From positions 1,757 to 65,756 of the forward strand of contig JBEKKN010000008.1 of the NCBI GenBank assembly GCA_050010675.1: 64,000 nt of DNA. Direction: 5' to 3'. The position numbers and the translations under genes are program-made. Under the pieces are notes generated by a model. It was given only the letters and a program-made list of their open reading frames with translations. It searched no databases and had not been told where the DNA came from. This DNA is from Verrucomicrobiota bacterium. GTDB taxonomy: Bacteria > Verrucomicrobiota > Verrucomicrobiia > Limisphaerales > UBA11358. How positions within the stretch are numbered: the first letter of the stretch is position 1; every line of letters starts with the position of its first letter. Positions 56,003 through 64,000 of the stretch are shown here, piece after piece.

Positions 56003-57025
56003 TTACGAAATGGCGAGCACCACCCGGAACCGCGCCTTGCCACTCTCCATGCGCTCGTAAGCCTCGGCTACTTTTTCCAGCGGGTAGACTTCATTCATCG
56101 AACGCACCCCGGAAAGCACGCTGAACGCCAGCGTCTCCTGCGAATCGTTCGCCGTTCCGGAATACCAGCCCTTCACCGACCGGCAGCCGGTTATCAACAC
56201 CAACGGCGAAATCTGCATCGACTGCGCCGCGCCGATGACCATCAACGTGCCATTGACGCCCAGGCCACCCTGGACCGCGCTCATGGCATCGCCGTTCGTC
56301 ACGGTAGCCATGATGACTTTCGCGCCGCCGAGTTTTTGCAGTTCCGCCGCCGGGTCCTGCGACTGGCTGTCAATGTAATGATGCGCGCCCAATTTCCGCG
56401 CCAAAGGTTCCTTGTCCTTGCCACGCGCGATGCCCACCGTTTTGAAACCCATCTTCACGGCGTATTGCACGCCCAGATGGCCCAGCCCGCCCAGACCCAG
56501 CACGGCGACGACATCGCCGGCCCGGGCGCCGCTGTTCCGCAGCGCGTTGTAAGTGGTGATGCCCGCACACATCAGCGGCGCCGCTTCCACAGCGGACAAA
56601 TCGTCCGGCACCAGCGCCACCGCGATGGCGGGAGCCACCAGGTATTCCGCGTAACCGCCGTCAAAAGAAATGCCGGTGACCTGCAGCGCCACTTTGCAGG
56701 CGAAGAAATCGCCGTTGCGGCAGGCATCGCAATAACCGCAATGGCCGCCATGCCAGCCCCCCCCCACGCGCTGGCCCGGTTTCCATTGGGCGACCCCGGC
56801 GCCGACCGCATCCACCGTCCCGACCACTTCATGGCCGGGAATGCGCGGATATTGAATACCCGGCCAATGGCCTTCCTTGACCAGCGAGTCACTATGGCAA
56901 ATGCCACAGGCCTGGACCTTGATCCGCACCTGGCCGGCGCCGGGTTGCGGAATTTCACGTTCAACCAGTTCAAACGGCCCGCCGGGCCGGGCGATTTGGG
57001 CAGCACGCATTTTTGGCATAATCAT
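56003..57025 (-). CDS. zinc-dependent alcohol dehydrogenase
   Basis: VKVQACGICHSD.....HW....YP.IPGHE.VG; GLGGLGHLGVQYA (NAD fold). The start may be M1, M3 or M6. Confidence 0.9.
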   Translation of the reverse strand: MIMPKMRAAQIARPGGPFELVEREIPQPGAGQVRIKVQACGICHSDSLVKEGHWPGIQYPRIPGHEVVGTVDAVGAGVAQWKPGQRVGGGWHGGHCGYCDACRNGDFFACKVALQVTGISFDGGYAEYLVAPAIAVALVPDDLSAVEAAPLMCAGITTYNALRNSGARAGDVVAVLGLGGLGHLGVQYAVKMGFKTVGIARGKDKEPLARKLGAHHYIDSQSQDPAAELQKLGGAKVIMATVTNGDAMSAVQGGLGVNGTLMVIGAAQSMQISPLVLITGCRSVKGWYSGTANDSQETLAFSVLSGVRSMNEVYPLEKVAEAYERMESGKARFRVVLAIS

Positions 57026-57142
57026 CTCCAGTTTTTCTATCCTCGAAACGAGGACGCCGGTGAATCTGTCACATTTTTTTCCAATGACAACCGGAAATGT
57101 TTTGGCGTCTGTTTGGCACCAGTCGGTTCGCCTCCGAAAGAG

Positions 57143-57171
57143 TTGACGGTGCGCACGTTTCGGGGGATGCT
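57143..57171 (+). promoter_or_regulatory. candidate promoter TTGACG-N17-GATGCT, 14 nt upstream of ATG 57186
   Basis: Read directly. Confidence 0.35.
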
Positions 57172-57185
57172 CTTGCGACGGAATA

Positions 57186-60100
57186 ATGAAGTCTCACCCT
57201 GGCAGTTCGGTTTCGCCCCGACGGCACAAATTCGTGCGTTGGATCGTCGGCCTGCTGTTGTTCTACGCCATTCTCGGTTTCTTCATCCTGCCGCCAATCA
57301 TCCGCGCCGTCGCCGTCAAACAGTTGTCCCGGCAGCTCGACCGCGAGGTTTCGATTGAAAAGGTCAAAATCAATCCGTTCGTGCTTTCAACCACCGTGCG
57401 CGGGCTGCTCATCAGGGACAAGGACGGCCAGCGCTTCATCTCGTGGGACGAGGTTTATGTGAACTTCCAGTTGTCGTCCTTCCTGGGCCATGCCTGGGTC
57501 TTCAAGGAAATCCGCGTGACCAAACCCTATGCCCGGATGCAGATCAACAAGGATTACACGCTGAACTTCTCCGACCTGGTCGCCAAATTCTCGACGAATG
57601 CGCCCGATGCCGCGCCGGCCAAGCCGGCCAAGCCGCTCGCGCTGCGCGTCGGCCGGCTGCAAATCACCGGCGCCTCGGCCTCGTTCAGCGACTACACCAC
57701 GCGCGAACCGTTCAAGCGGGTCATCGGCCCGCTCAATGTAACGCTGCAAAATTTCCGCACCGACCCGGAAAATAAAAACCCCTATTCGTTCGCCGGCACC
57801 ACGGACGCCGGTGAACGGTTCGCGTGGAGCGGATATTTTTATCTGGACCCGCTGCGTTCCGAGGGTGCCTTGACACTCGACGACATCACGCTCAACAAAT
57901 ACGCGCCGCTCTACCAGGATTTCGTGCGCTTTGAAATCCGCAGCGGCGTGATTGGCGTGCAGGCAAACTACCGCTTTGAACTCAGCGCCAGCAACCGCGT
58001 CGCGGCCGTCACGAACACCGCCTTTTCCCTGCGCAATTTCAAGCTCGCCGGACCCGGCGGCAGCAACGACATTGCCGACCTGGCGTACTTTGCCATGACC
58101 GGCGCGAGCCTGGACCTGGAAGCGCGCCAAGCCGAAGTGGATTCGGTGTCCGCCATCGGCGCGCAGTTGTTTTTGCAACGCGACAAGGACGCTTCCATCA
58201 ACGCCCTGGAAGCCGCCAAACCCATTGCCAACGCGACGAACGCGCCCGGCGGCATTTTGCTGCTGTTGCGCTCGGTCACCAACGCCGTCGCGATGCTGCT
58301 CAACAGCACGAACCAGTGGAGCGGCACGGTGCACGCCGTGGATTTCACAAATTGCGCGTTGCAGCTTGAGGACCTGGTGAATTCGCGCCCGGCCAGACTG
58401 GATTTGAATGACATCACGTTCACGGCCAGAAACATTTCGAATCTCCCGCACACGAACCTGACCGCCAACCTGTCCCTGCGCTGGAATACCAACGGCGCCA
58501 TTGACACGGAAATTACCGCCTCCCTTTCACCACCGACCGCCGACCTCCACCTCTCGCTCTCCAACCTGGACCTGGGCACGCTTGATCCCTATCTCGAACC
58601 CAAAGTAAACCTGTTCATCCTCGGCAGCCGGCTCGGGCTGGACGGCGACATCCATTTGCGCACGCCGGAAAACGAACTGCCACAGGTCACGTTCAACGGC
58701 GACGCGAGGCTCGATGATTTCCGCACCGTGGACGGCGTCCTGGGCCAGGATTTGTTGAGATGGGATTCGCTGCGATTCAATGGCATCGCGGCGAACCTGA
58801 ATCCCCAAACCGTCGCCATCAAGGAAATCGCCCTGGACAACGCCTACGCGCGCGTCGTGATCGAAACCAATCATGTCATCAATTTGCTGGCGGCACTGCG
58901 TCCGGCCACAACCAATGCGCCCGCCGTCACCAACGCGGTCAGCGCCGTCAAAATTTCCGCGGCCACGAATTCCACAACCCCGGCCCCGGCGCTGCCGGAT
59001 ATCTCCGTTGATAACATTGTCATTTCCAATGCCACGCTCAGCTTCACCGACCGCTCGCTCACGCCGAATGTGCATCTGACGGTTCTGCAGGCGGGCGGAA
59101 CGATTGCGGGCATTTCTTCCAAGGAACTTCAGCACGCCGACGTGAAGCTGCACGCGGCCGTGGACGGCGTCGGCCCGGTGAGCGTCACCGGTCGGATCAA
59201 TCCGTTCAGCGGGACGGAGACAAACCATTTGCAGGTTTCGGTGAAGGACGTGGATTTGACACCGACGAGTCCCTACGCGGCGAAGTTTGCCGGCTACCGT
59301 ATCGCCATGGGCAAACTGAACATGGACCTGGTGTACAATCTGGTCGGCCCAAAATTGCAGTCCAAGAACGTCATCACCCTGGACCAGTTCACTTTTGGCG
59401 AAAGGGTGAACAGCCCCGACGCCACCCATCTGCCCGTGCGGCTGGCCATTGCGATTCTCAAGGACCGCGACGGAAAAATCGTGCTGGACGTGCCGGTGGA
59501 TGGCAGTTTGGACGACCCGAAATTCCGCATCAGCAAGGTGGTCACGCGCGCCATCATGAACATTCTCACCAAGGTCGCCACGTCACCGTTCTCGCTGATC
59601 GGCGCCGCCTTCGGCGGTGGTGAGGAATTGGGTTACGAGGATTTCGCCCCGGGCAACGCGGAATTGACCCTGGCGGACAAACAAAAGCTGGATACCCTGG
59701 TGAAGGGACTCTTTGCGCACCCGGCCGTAAACCTGGAAATTTCCGGCAGTGACGATCTGGTCGCCGACAAAGACGGGTTGCAGCGCGTCTTCCTGGAAAA
59801 ACAACTGCATACCAGAAAATGGCTGTCGCTCCGTAAATCCCAGCAGGCCACCCTGACGCCCGAGCAGGTCACGCTGACACCGGAAGAGCACACGAGTTTG
59901 GTGAAAATACTTTATGCCGAAGCGTGGGCCGATGGCCAGATCACGCCAGCCGTGCTGGCCGCGAATACGAATCTCGTGGCCGCGATGGCTCAAATCCAAT
60001 CCCGATCACCAAAAGTTCAAAAAGACGTGACGATTATGCTGAACAGCTTGCACCCCTCCGCGTCATCCACTTCCGGCAACATGACTGCCGCGCCGGGACA

Positions 60101-60323
60101 GCCGAAACTCGCGCCACCCGCCGACCCGTTGGAGGTTTTATTGCTGGCATCAATTCCCGTCACCGACAACGATTTTGAAGCACTGGCGACCGAACGCGCC
60201 AAGGCGGTGCGCACGTATATTCTTGGGACCGGTAAGGTGGAGGCGTCGCGGCTGTTCCTGACGGAGAATCAGACCGGCGGCGTCCGCGGCGACGGCAGCC
60301 GCGCTTACTTGCAGTTCCGATAA
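57186..60323 (+). CDS. DUF748-domain (AsmA-like) large envelope protein
   Basis: N-terminal TM WIVGLLLFYAILGFFILPPIIR, then VKQLSRQLDREVSIEKVKINPF.L...V.GL.I.D, typical of DUF748. Long beta-rich repeats; 1045 aa. Confidence 0.7.
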   Translation: MKSHPGSSVSPRRHKFVRWIVGLLLFYAILGFFILPPIIRAVAVKQLSRQLDREVSIEKVKINPFVLSTTVRGLLIRDKDGQRFISWDEVYVNFQLSSFLGHAWVFKEIRVTKPYARMQINKDYTLNFSDLVAKFSTNAPDAAPAKPAKPLALRVGRLQITGASASFSDYTTREPFKRVIGPLNVTLQNFRTDPENKNPYSFAGTTDAGERFAWSGYFYLDPLRSEGALTLDDITLNKYAPLYQDFVRFEIRSGVIGVQANYRFELSASNRVAAVTNTAFSLRNFKLAGPGGSNDIADLAYFAMTGASLDLEARQAEVDSVSAIGAQLFLQRDKDASINALEAAKPIANATNAPGGILLLLRSVTNAVAMLLNSTNQWSGTVHAVDFTNCALQLEDLVNSRPARLDLNDITFTARNISNLPHTNLTANLSLRWNTNGAIDTEITASLSPPTADLHLSLSNLDLGTLDPYLEPKVNLFILGSRLGLDGDIHLRTPENELPQVTFNGDARLDDFRTVDGVLGQDLLRWDSLRFNGIAANLNPQTVAIKEIALDNAYARVVIETNHVINLLAALRPATTNAPAVTNAVSAVKISAATNSTTPAPALPDISVDNIVISNATLSFTDRSLTPNVHLTVLQAGGTIAGISSKELQHADVKLHAAVDGVGPVSVTGRINPFSGTETNHLQVSVKDVDLTPTSPYAAKFAGYRIAMGKLNMDLVYNLVGPKLQSKNVITLDQFTFGERVNSPDATHLPVRLAIAILKDRDGKIVLDVPVDGSLDDPKFRISKVVTRAIMNILTKVATSPFSLIGAAFGGGEELGYEDFAPGNAELTLADKQKLDTLVKGLFAHPAVNLEISGSDDLVADKDGLQRVFLEKQLHTRKWLSLRKSQQATLTPEQVTLTPEEHTSLVKILYAEAWADGQITPAVLAANTNLVAAMAQIQSRSPKVQKDVTIMLNSLHPSASSTSGNMTAAPGQPKLAPPADPLEVLLLASIPVTDNDFEALATERAKAVRTYILGTGKVEASRLFLTENQTGGVRGDGSRAYLQFR

Positions 60324-60383
60324 GCCTGACGGCAGGGACTCCGCGACGTCCGCTTAACCGAAAGTTACATCCAATCAAATCGC

Positions 60384-60412
60384 TGGACAAAATTCAGTGG
60401 TGGGCGTATTCA
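60384..60412 (+). promoter_or_regulatory. candidate promoter TGGACA-N17-TATTCA, 31 nt upstream of ATG 60444
   Basis: Read directly. Confidence 0.3.
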
Positions 60413-60443
60413 GCCAACCAATCCGAGAACATGGGCCTTCAGA

Positions 60444-61568
60444 ATGCCATCTTTCAAGCCAACAAAATTGTGGGAAGCGCCGCCGCACACTTTGGCCAAA
60501 TTGGAAATCGTCGGACGTTACCTGTACTTGTGGTTCACAATTGTAGGAAGCAATCCCAAGAATCATCGTTTGGTATATATTGATGGCTTTGCCGGTCCGG
60601 GACGGTACACGAACACCGAAACGAGCTCTCCTCTGGTCGCGCTTCAGGCCGCGAAAGACGCATTGGAAATATTTCCAGAGAAACTTCGTAAAACGGAATT
60701 TTGTTTCCTGTTTGTCGAAAAAAAGCCGGAATTTGCCAATAGTTTAAAAGAAGCCATCTCGGCAATTTCCTGGCCTTCACAATTCAAATGGGCCGTCGAA
60801 AATTGTTCATTCGAAGAAAAGGTTGGTGGCATGTTGGAGGATTTCCAGCACGAGGGAAAACAACTGGCACCAACATTCGCTTTTATTGATCCGTTTGGTG
60901 CAACCGGACTTCCGTTCAAAGTCATTGCTAAAATCCTCCAGCACTCCACTTGTGAAGTTTTGCTGAACTTGGATTCCGATGGAATTGGCAGGTTGGTCAC
61001 CGCTCAAACAGCTGAAAAGAACCAGGCACATCTTGATGTATTGTTTGGCAACTCAAGCTGGCGCACGGAATTGAATCCCCACCTGCCGATGCCGCAACTT
61101 TCGGCCCAAATTCTGGCTCTTTACAAAAAACGGCTACGCTCCACCGCGCCATATGTATACGCGTTTGCTATGAATTCTCGCGAAGGTCAGTTGAATTACC
61201 ATCTTGTATTTGCCAGCCAGTATTATTTGGGGTTGGAGAAAATGAAGGAAGCCATGAAAGCGGTTGACCAAACTGGAACGTGTTCCTTTTCCGACGACAC
61301 GGTCGGACAGGAACTGCTGGTGTTTGATTTTAACGCGCCGGCGGTTTGGGCGGAGAAAATGCAACAGACACTCGGCGGAATATGGAGACCATATTCCGAT
61401 TTCCGAGACTTTGCCTTGAATGAAACACCATTCACCAACCCAAAAGCGATGTTGCGGCATTTGGACGACAAGCGTTTGGTAGAAATTGAAGCCGAGGCGA
61501 ACAGGCGAAAAGGGTCTTTTCCGGAAGAAAAAATCGGGAGAATTATCATCCAGAAAACTCTTTTGTGA
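60444..61568 (+). CDS. three-Cys-motif partner protein (TcmP)-like; MTase-fold motifs; function unknown
   Basis: 374 aa and AT-richer than its flanks. N-terminal LWEAPPHTLAKLEIVGRYL..W, YIDGFAGPGRY (aa 45-55) and FAFIDPFG (aa 145-152). The family call is from memory of TcmP proteins that pair with DUF5131. Confidence 0.6.
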   Translation: MPSFKPTKLWEAPPHTLAKLEIVGRYLYLWFTIVGSNPKNHRLVYIDGFAGPGRYTNTETSSPLVALQAAKDALEIFPEKLRKTEFCFLFVEKKPEFANSLKEAISAISWPSQFKWAVENCSFEEKVGGMLEDFQHEGKQLAPTFAFIDPFGATGLPFKVIAKILQHSTCEVLLNLDSDGIGRLVTAQTAEKNQAHLDVLFGNSSWRTELNPHLPMPQLSAQILALYKKRLRSTAPYVYAFAMNSREGQLNYHLVFASQYYLGLEKMKEAMKAVDQTGTCSFSDDTVGQELLVFDFNAPAVWAEKMQQTLGGIWRPYSDFRDFALNETPFTNPKAMLRHLDDKRLVEIEAEANRRKGSFPEEKIGRIIIQKTLL

Positions 61569-61625
61569 AGCATGGACCGCATTTGTCCTACCTTTTGTGC
61601 AAAACTGAACCTATGATTTGAATCT

Positions 61626-62420
61626 GTGAGCGCCAATTCAAAAATCGAGTGGACAGATGCAACATGGAACCCGGTTCGCGGCTGCACCAAAGTCAGCCCT
61701 GGTTGCCTCCATTGCTACGCAGAGACGTTTGCCGAGCGTTTTCGCGGCGTGCCCGGCCATCCGTTTGAATTTGGCTTCGATTTGCGCCTCGTGCCCGAAA
61801 AACTAGGCGACCCGCTGCGCTGGTCGACGTCCCGCATGATTTTCGTCAATTCCATGAGCGACCTCTTCCACGAAAATGTGCCGGACGAATACATCGTCAA
61901 AGTGGCACGCGTGATGAGGGCCGCCAACTGGCATACCTACCAGATTCTCACCAAACGCGCTGGTCGGATGCAGAAATTATTAAAAGGCAAACTCCGTTTC
62001 GCAGCGGAGCAATCGCACATCTGGTGGGGCGTGAGCGTGGAAAACCGCCGGCACGGATTGCCGCGGGTTGATCTGCTCCGCGACTCGCCAGCACAGGTTC
62101 GATTCCTGTCCATCGAACCCCTGCTGGAACATCTCGGCCCGTTCAATTTGGCAGGGATGAATTGGGTCATCGTTGGCGGCGAAAGTGGACCGGGCGCGCG
62201 GCCGATGGATGCTCGCTGGGTGCGCGACATCCGGGCACAATGTTTCCGCGCAAAAGTTGCTTTCTTTTTTAAACAATGGGGTGGTGTCCGCAAATCAGAG
62301 GCCGGCCGGGAATTGGACGGACAAACCTATGACGAATTTCCCGCACGACAGCAGGTTCCGGTTCCCAATTTGGAATTCAGGCGGAATGCGTTGGAACAGT
62401 TGGAAGCGGAATCGGTTTGA
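61626..62420 (+). CDS. phage Gp37/Gp68-family (DUF5131) three-Cys protein
   Basis: GTG start. SKIEWTDATWNPVRGCTKVSPGCLHCYAETFAERF...MIFVNSMSDLFHE...VSVEN......R...L........FLSIEPLL....L....I.WVIVGGESGP.ARPM...W.R.IR.QC....V.FFFKQWGG. Confidence 0.8.
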   Translation: MSANSKIEWTDATWNPVRGCTKVSPGCLHCYAETFAERFRGVPGHPFEFGFDLRLVPEKLGDPLRWSTSRMIFVNSMSDLFHENVPDEYIVKVARVMRAANWHTYQILTKRAGRMQKLLKGKLRFAAEQSHIWWGVSVENRRHGLPRVDLLRDSPAQVRFLSIEPLLEHLGPFNLAGMNWVIVGGESGPGARPMDARWVRDIRAQCFRAKVAFFFKQWGGVRKSEAGRELDGQTYDEFPARQQVPVPNLEFRRNALEQLEAESV

Positions 62421-62445
62421 TACGGATCGGGACAGTAGCCGGCGT

Positions 62446-63478
62446 TTACATGTCAAAAATGGCGTGGATAATTTTCTTTCCGCCAAAAATCCAGATCGTC
62501 GCGGCCATCGCAATGTAGGGTCCATACGGCATCCGTGACGACCATTCGCGCCGTCGCATGATAATGAGCGTGATGCCGGCCGCCGCGCCGATCATCGAAC
62601 TGACCATCAGCGAGAACAGCACCCCCTGCCAGCCGACGAACGCGCCGATGGCGCCCATGAATCAGCCGTTCCCCGCCGATTTCCAGCCAGCCCGACCGGA
62701 GGGCCAGCCGCACCATCACGTCCCGGTAACCACGGTCCACGAGTTCCACGGTCCGCGCCCGCAGCGCAATCACGTCGGACTGGCGGTAGAACAATTCGTC
62801 GTAGGGAATCTCCCGGTCGGGCAGATGCACGGACGTTTCGGTGAAGACAATTTTCGTGTCCACCGGCAATTTCAACCGCTGCCGGCCGAACAACAGCTTC
62901 CCCAACCGCAAAATTGCGTAAATGATTCCCGCCCCGGCGCCGAGGCCGAGCACGCTCTGCCACATTCCCGCAGTCAGCCTGGAAACATCGTGCAGCACCG
63001 GAAAAAGAAACGACACGATGAGACCGACGGCCATGCCGCCGTACGTGATTTCATCGGGGATGATAAAATGCTCGAAGTCAATGAACGTGGCCGCAATCAG
63101 TCCGGCGAGCAGGATGGCGTACAGGATGGCGATGACCGGCGACACCTTTCCAAAGGCCAGCCAGCAGCCTAAAAAGGCCACGCCCGTCAGTAATTCGACG
63201 ATGAAGTAACGCGGTGAAATCGGCGCGCCACAGTTTTTGCAGCGGCCGCGCAGCGCCAGCCAGGTCACCAGCGGAACATTGAGATACCACGGGATGGAGT
63301 ATTGGCAGTGCGGGCAATGCGACGGCGGCGTGACAATGCTCATGCCCAGCGGCAGCCGGTAAATGCACACATTCAGGAAACTGCCGACGATGCACCCGAA
63401 CACGAAGAAGACCAGCGACCAAAAATGGAACGGCACCAGCTCCCAGTTGTGCGCGTCAAAAATCGGGTCAATGCCCAT
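62446..63478 (-). pseudogene. pilD: prepilin peptidase (A24 family), frameshifted near 62655-62665
   Basis: ORF 62453..63478 has CPHCQ...CKNCG and IDFEHFIIPDE (first Asp box) and stays plausible up to ...WLEIGGERL. The conserved tail MGAIGAFVGWQGVLFSLMVSS...PYGPYIA is in another frame (ORF 62446..62658). No GxGDxKL second Asp box in any frame. Confidence 0.75.
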
Positions 63479-64000
63479 AAATATTTTGTTCCAGCGCGCG
63501 GCGCATCACGCCAAGCGGCGCGGGTTTGCCCGTCCAGATTTCAAACGCCTTCGCGCCCTGATGCAGCAGCATGCCGAGGCCGTTGGCGTTTTTGCACCCG
63601 GCCTTCCGGGCGGCCTTCAACAATGGCGTTTCCGCCGGACGATAAATCATGTCGTAAACCGCCCCCGCCTGTTTCAGCGAAAATTGCCTGTCATCCAACG
63701 GCAAGGCATCACCCGGCTGCAGACCCAGCGACGTCGCGTTGATCAGCAAATCCACCGCCGACCCGGGGTACCCCACCGTGACGCGTACGGTCGGAAATTT
63801 ATTTTTGATTTCACCCGCCAGGGCTTTGGCTTTGCCGGGAGTGCGGTTGACGAGGAAAAGTTCCATGACTTTTTCCGCCGCGAGCCTCAACGCCGCCGTC
63901 CGTCCGGCCCCGCCCGCTCCGAGCAACAACACCCGGGCCCCGCGCAACGCCACTTTCAAATCTTCGCGCAATGCCGTTGTCAGCGCGTCGGCATCCGTGT
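63468..64000 (-). CDS. aroE: shikimate dehydrogenase; N-terminus beyond the right window edge
   Basis: ...(N)TDADALTTAL....L.GARVLLLGAGGAGRTAA..L......L.LVNRT..KA..LA...NATSLG...MIY.P..T.LL..A...G....NGL.ML..QGA.AF..WTG. The frame stays open to position 64000. Its stop overlaps the pilD start by 11 nt. Confidence 0.85.
   Translation of the reverse strand, partial: TDADALTTALREDLKVALRGARVLLLGAGGAGRTAALRLAAEKVMELFLVNRTPGKAKALAGEIKNKFPTVRVTVGYPGSAVDLLINATSLGLQPGDALPLDDRQFSLKQAGAVYDMIYRPAETPLLKAARKAGCKNANGLGMLLHQGAKAFEIWTGKPAPLGVMRRALEQNIYGH

Overview
High-GC chromosomal segment. Gene content and repeat types suggest a Verrucomicrobia/PVC-type bacterium, but that is an impression only. All family calls come from reading the translated ORFs and recalling motifs; no searches were run. 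I support about 55 protein genes, mostly housekeeping. They include an MBOAT acyltransferase (partial, left edge), pyrK-pyrD, dapF, a hybrid histidine kinase with a REC-Hpt-REC protein, a 2-oxoacid dehydrogenase E1a/E1b/E2 set, GH5, the rpsP-KH-trmD-rplS operon, hisA, a large sugar-dehydrogenase/cytochrome c fusion, thiG, an OMP, a heptose kinase, panB, pilT, GH29, a P1B ATPase, pckG, alaS, rarA, an eboE-like gene with a UbiA prenyltransferase, cysI-cysH-cysD-cysN, GH39, an ADH, a DUF748 protein, pilD and aroE (partial, right edge). I saw no rRNA, tRNA or CRISPR. The main findings are these. (1) An AT-richer two-gene cassette at 60.4-62.4 kb pairs a TcmP-like protein with a Gp37/Gp68 (DUF5131) three-Cys protein; as far as I know it is functionally uncharacterised, and it is my best candidate for a novel system. 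(2) Both intercistronic gaps of the cys operon are filled by inverted-repeat-bounded small-ORF modules (GxxExxY and four-helix-bundle/IVS protein). (3) Many arrays of 7-nt tandem repeats sit at gene boundaries, some as empty inverted pairs and one inside the eboE-like CDS. (4) A MITE-like element occurs twice, each time inserted in the TA of a TAG stop codon. (5) Three genes are disrupted (alaS, pilD, GNAT). (6) A recurrent promoter geometry places the -10 hexamer only 6-14 nt from the ATG, suggesting leaderless or near-leaderless mRNAs. (7) A second AT-rich islet lies at 30.4-31.3 kb.
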